Shown here in pieces: positions 61,176 to 64,000 of a stretch of DNA of 64,000 nt. The stretch is from the NCBI GenBank assembly GCA_963803805.1, contig CAWDOD010000011.1:640001-704000 (forward strand), read 5' to 3'. The notes under the pieces were generated by a model. The model was not told the DNA's origin. It saw only the letters and a program-made list of their open reading frames with translations, and made no database searches. The stretch comes from an uncultured cyanobacterium. GTDB lineage: Bacteria > Cyanobacteriota > Cyanobacteriia > Cyanobacteriales > CAWCAG01. Position 1 is the stretch's first letter, and each line of letters begins with the position of its first letter. The position numbers were made by a program, and so were the translations under genes.

Positions 61176-61421
61176 ATGGATTCTGATCCTCGCCATAGTT
61201 ACTGGCGTGCCAATATTGCTTTAATTAGAAATCTGCTCATTGTTTGGGGTTTAGTTTCTCTAGTTTTAGGCATTCTTCTAGTTGAACCATTAAATACCAT
61301 TCGCTTTTTTGGTGTACCTTTGGGCTTTTGGATCGCCCAACAAGGTTCAATTATTGTTTTTGTCGGGTTGATATTTATCTACGCTGTGCAAATGGATAAG
61401 TTAGACCGCAAACATAGGTAA
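61176..61421 (+). CDS. DUF4212-type small membrane subunit of a solute:sodium symporter
   Basis: YWRAN, PLGFWIAQQGSI, MDKLD; directly upstream of the SSS gene. Confidence 0.85.
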   Translation: MDSDPRHSYWRANIALIRNLLIVWGLVSLVLGILLVEPLNTIRFFGVPLGFWIAQQGSIIVFVGLIFIYAVQMDKLDRKHR

Positions 61422-61479
61422 TGGCTAGTTGCTAATGGGTAAAAACCCTTGATAAATGATAAACGGTAATTGAATTGTT

Positions 61480-63153
61480 ATGTCAGCAGTAGAAATTTGG
61501 ACAACTTTGTTTGTTGGCCTTTCTTTAATACTTTATGTTTATATTGGTTGGCGATCGCGGGTCAAAGATAGTAAAGGCTTTTTTGTGGCTGGGCAAGGAG
61601 TCCCAGCTTTGGCAAATGGTGCGGCAACAGCAGCAGATTGGATGTCAGCCGCCTCGTTTATTTCTATGGCAGGGTTAATCTCGTTTTTGGGTTATGATGG
61701 CTCGATTTATTTAATGGGTTGGACTGGGGGTTATGTGTTGTTAGCTTTATTGTTAGCCCCCTATTTACGTAAGTTTGGTAAGTATACGGTTCCTGATTTT
61801 GTCGGCGATCGCTACTATTCCAATTTTGCCCGTTTAGTAGCAGTAGTAGCAGCGATTTTTGTTTCCCTAACCTATGTCGCAGGGCAGATGCGAGGTGTAG
61901 GTATTGTCTTTAGTCGCTTTCTCCAAGTTCCCGTAGGTACTGGAGTTGTCATCGGCATGGTTATTGTGGGTTTCTTTGCTGTATTAGGAGGGATGAAGGG
62001 CATCACCTGGACTCAGGTGGCTCAATATTGTGTCTTAATTGTGGCTTACTTAATCCCAGCTATCGCTTTAGCTTGGATGCTTACAGGCAACCCTGTCCCT
62101 CAATTAGCCTTTACTTTCAGCGACATCGCCGATAAATTAAATGCCATTCAAACAGATTTAGGTTTTGCAGAATATACTGCCCCTTTTGCCAATAAATCTA
62201 TGTTAGATGTGCTGTTTATCACCATTGCTTTAATGGTAGGGACAGCAGGTTTACCCCACGTTATTGTCCGTTTTTACACCGTCCCTGATGTCCGTGCTGC
62301 AAGGTTTTCGGCGGGTTGGGCTTTACTATTTATCGCCATTCTCTACACCACTGCCCCAGCTTTATCAATGTTCGCCCGTTACAACTTAATTCAATCTCTT
62401 CACGATAAGCCTGTGGAGGAAGTACAACAATTAGATTGGGCAAGTAAATGGCAGGCGACGGAATTATTACAATTTGAGGATAAAAATGGTGATGGACGCT
62501 ATCAATTAACCCCTGATGAAACAAGCAACGAAATTATCATTGATCGGGATATTATTGTTCTTTCTACCCCAGAAATCGCTAAACTTGCCCCTTGGGTAAT
62601 TGCCTTAGTTGCTGCCGGAGGTTTAGCGGCTGCCCTTTCTACTGCTTCGGGATTATTACTGGTAATTTCTAGTTCTATTGCCCACGATATCTATTACCGT
62701 ATTATCAACCCCGAAGCATCGGAAACAAAACGAGTTTTTGTGGGCAGAATTATGGTAGGTTTTGCTTTAGTTATTGCGGGCTATTTTGGTGTCAATCCCC
62801 CCGGTTTTGTGGGGCAAGTGGTAGCCTTTGCTTTTGGTTTAGCCGCAGCTAGTTTCTTCCCGGCTATTTTCCTGGGTATCTTTGATAAACGTACTAATAA
62901 AGAGGGTGCGATCGCAGGGATGATTGTCGGTTTAGCTTTTACTACTTTTTATATTGTTGGTGTCAAATTCTTCAACATGGAACCCTGGTTTTTTGGTGTT
63001 TCAGCAGAAGGTATTGGTACTTTAGGAATGGTAATTAATTTAGTTGTCACCCTAATAGTTTCTCGCTTAACTCCCCCGCCTCCTCAAGAGATTCAAGATT
63101 TAGTAGAAGATTTGCGTACACCTGCGATCGCTAAAAGAATAGCCCTAGATTGA
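61480..63153 (+). CDS. Sodium:solute symporter (ActP-like)
   Basis: ADWMSAASF, GGMKGITWTQ, GTAGLPHV, AALSTASGLL. Confidence 0.92.
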   Translation: MSAVEIWTTLFVGLSLILYVYIGWRSRVKDSKGFFVAGQGVPALANGAATAADWMSAASFISMAGLISFLGYDGSIYLMGWTGGYVLLALLLAPYLRKFGKYTVPDFVGDRYYSNFARLVAVVAAIFVSLTYVAGQMRGVGIVFSRFLQVPVGTGVVIGMVIVGFFAVLGGMKGITWTQVAQYCVLIVAYLIPAIALAWMLTGNPVPQLAFTFSDIADKLNAIQTDLGFAEYTAPFANKSMLDVLFITIALMVGTAGLPHVIVRFYTVPDVRAARFSAGWALLFIAILYTTAPALSMFARYNLIQSLHDKPVEEVQQLDWASKWQATELLQFEDKNGDGRYQLTPDETSNEIIIDRDIIVLSTPEIAKLAPWVIALVAAGGLAAALSTASGLLLVISSSIAHDIYYRIINPEASETKRVFVGRIMVGFALVIAGYFGVNPPGFVGQVVAFAFGLAAASFFPAIFLGIFDKRTNKEGAIAGMIVGLAFTTFYIVGVKFFNMEPWFFGVSAEGIGTLGMVINLVVTLIVSRLTPPPPQEIQDLVEDLRTPAIAKRIALD

Positions 63154-63260
63154 GACAACTGTCTGTGCGTATAATAAAATATCAAAGCTGGTGAATTATG
63201 AATTTTTCATCAAAGAATTATGGGGCTAAAATTCGATTTATTATCCAGAGGTAAAGAAAT

Positions 63261-63572
63261 ATGGCAATTGATGTACGGAGTGCCGTGAACTCAGCACAAA
63301 ACTATTTTGAATCACTTAAAGATATTATTAGTCCTAAACTTTCAAATTCAAGTTTTGAAGAAGTTGAACTTGCGCTTGAAGAAGTCGAACTTTCAGAAGA
63401 GCAAGATTTTTGGTTCATCACATTAGGTTTTAATCGTCCTACTGTTCAGCCTAAGAGTGCTATGCGAGAACTATTACCCTCTCCTACTTATAAGTATGAG
63501 CGAGAGTATAGAATATTCAAAGTCAACTCAGAAACAGGTGACGTTCATTCGATGAAAATTAGAGAGTTATGA
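63261..63572 (+). CDS. Hypothetical acidic protein, putative antitoxin
   Basis: GAGG RBS; stop overlaps the PIN gene start (ATGA). Confidence 0.65.
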   Translation: MAIDVRSAVNSAQNYFESLKDIISPKLSNSSFEEVELALEEVELSEEQDFWFITLGFNRPTVQPKSAMRELLPSPTYKYEREYRIFKVNSETGDVHSMKIREL

Positions 63573-64000
63573 AAAAGTATATTCGTGAATTATTGAAGAA
63601 ATATAGACAAAAGGGAATTCTGATTGATACAAATATTTTACTTCTTTGGTTTATTGGCGGTGTCAATCGTTCACGTATTTCAAAATTCAAACGAACAAAC
63701 CAATTTATACCAGAAGATTACGACTTATTGCTAGAGATTTTATCTTATTTTACGAAGATTGTAACGACTCCAAACATTTTGACTGAGGTTAATAGTTTAG
63801 CAAACCAACTTGGTGAACCTGAACGTTCTCAATGTTTTTCTGTATTTGCTCAAGGAGTATTTCAATTAGATGAATTTTGTATTGAAAGTACAACAGTAGT
63901 TAATAATACAAAGTTTACTAAATTTGGTTTAACAGATTGCGGTATTTCTAATTTAGCTAGCGGTGACAAGTATCTTGTACTGACTGATGACTTTCCTCTG
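63569..64000 (+). CDS. PIN-domain protein (runs off the window end)
   Basis: Translated by hand: MKKYIRELL..ILIDTNILL..TPNILTEV..GLTDCGI..LVLTDD, the acidic PIN motifs. Confidence 0.85.
   Translation, partial: MKKYIRELLKKYRQKGILIDTNILLLWFIGGVNRSRISKFKRTNQFIPEDYDLLLEILSYFTKIVTTPNILTEVNSLANQLGEPERSQCFSVFAQGVFQLDEFCIESTTVVNNTKFTKFGLTDCGISNLASGDKYLVLTDDFPL

Noticed and set aside
2695-62524. Many short ORFs antisense to or overlapping long genes (e.g. 3004-3324, 8465-8803, 36062-36493, 45985-46407, 53265-53648)
   Set aside because: Shadow ORFs of well-supported genes with no independent motifs.
2709-63131. Frequent GCGATCGC octamers (roughly 30 or more by eye) as a novel repeat
   Set aside because: This is HIP1, a well-known cyanobacterial feature; used only as a taxonomic clue.

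Overview
A low-GC cyanobacterial chromosome segment. It has abundant HIP1 GCGATCGC octamers, psbA/psbV/petE and heptamer tandem repeats; ggpS suggests a salt-tolerant or marine strain. The first ~20 kb is accessory and signalling-rich: WD40 repeat protein end, TPS-CHAT protein, ADP-ribosylglycohydrolase, Zur-controlled ZnuA-like protein, a divergent GRDP-like/STAND(NB-ARC)-TPR pair, a kinase/PP2C pair, NfeD-SPFH and a CHASE2 kinase. The rest is mostly housekeeping: pcrA, a glucosylglycerol module, mfd, adenylate cyclase, psbA, birA, hisIE, pntAB, petE/psbV, cobA/chelatase, transporters, and a PIN-toxin pair cut by the window end. No rRNA, tRNA, CRISPR array or transposase was recognised. Best leads: (1) ggpS preceded by a stand-alone HAD-IIB phosphatase resembling the N-terminal domain of proteobacterial fused GgpPS, next to a GH13 glucosidase and an unknown membrane protein; (2) the STAND-TPR/GRDP-like divergon with G-rich intergenic motifs; (3) four clear and one probable single-base frameshifts, mostly at or near GGCC, probably assembly artefacts; (4) an uncharacterised PIN toxin-antitoxin-like pair. 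All assignments come from motif recognition by eye; no searches were run.
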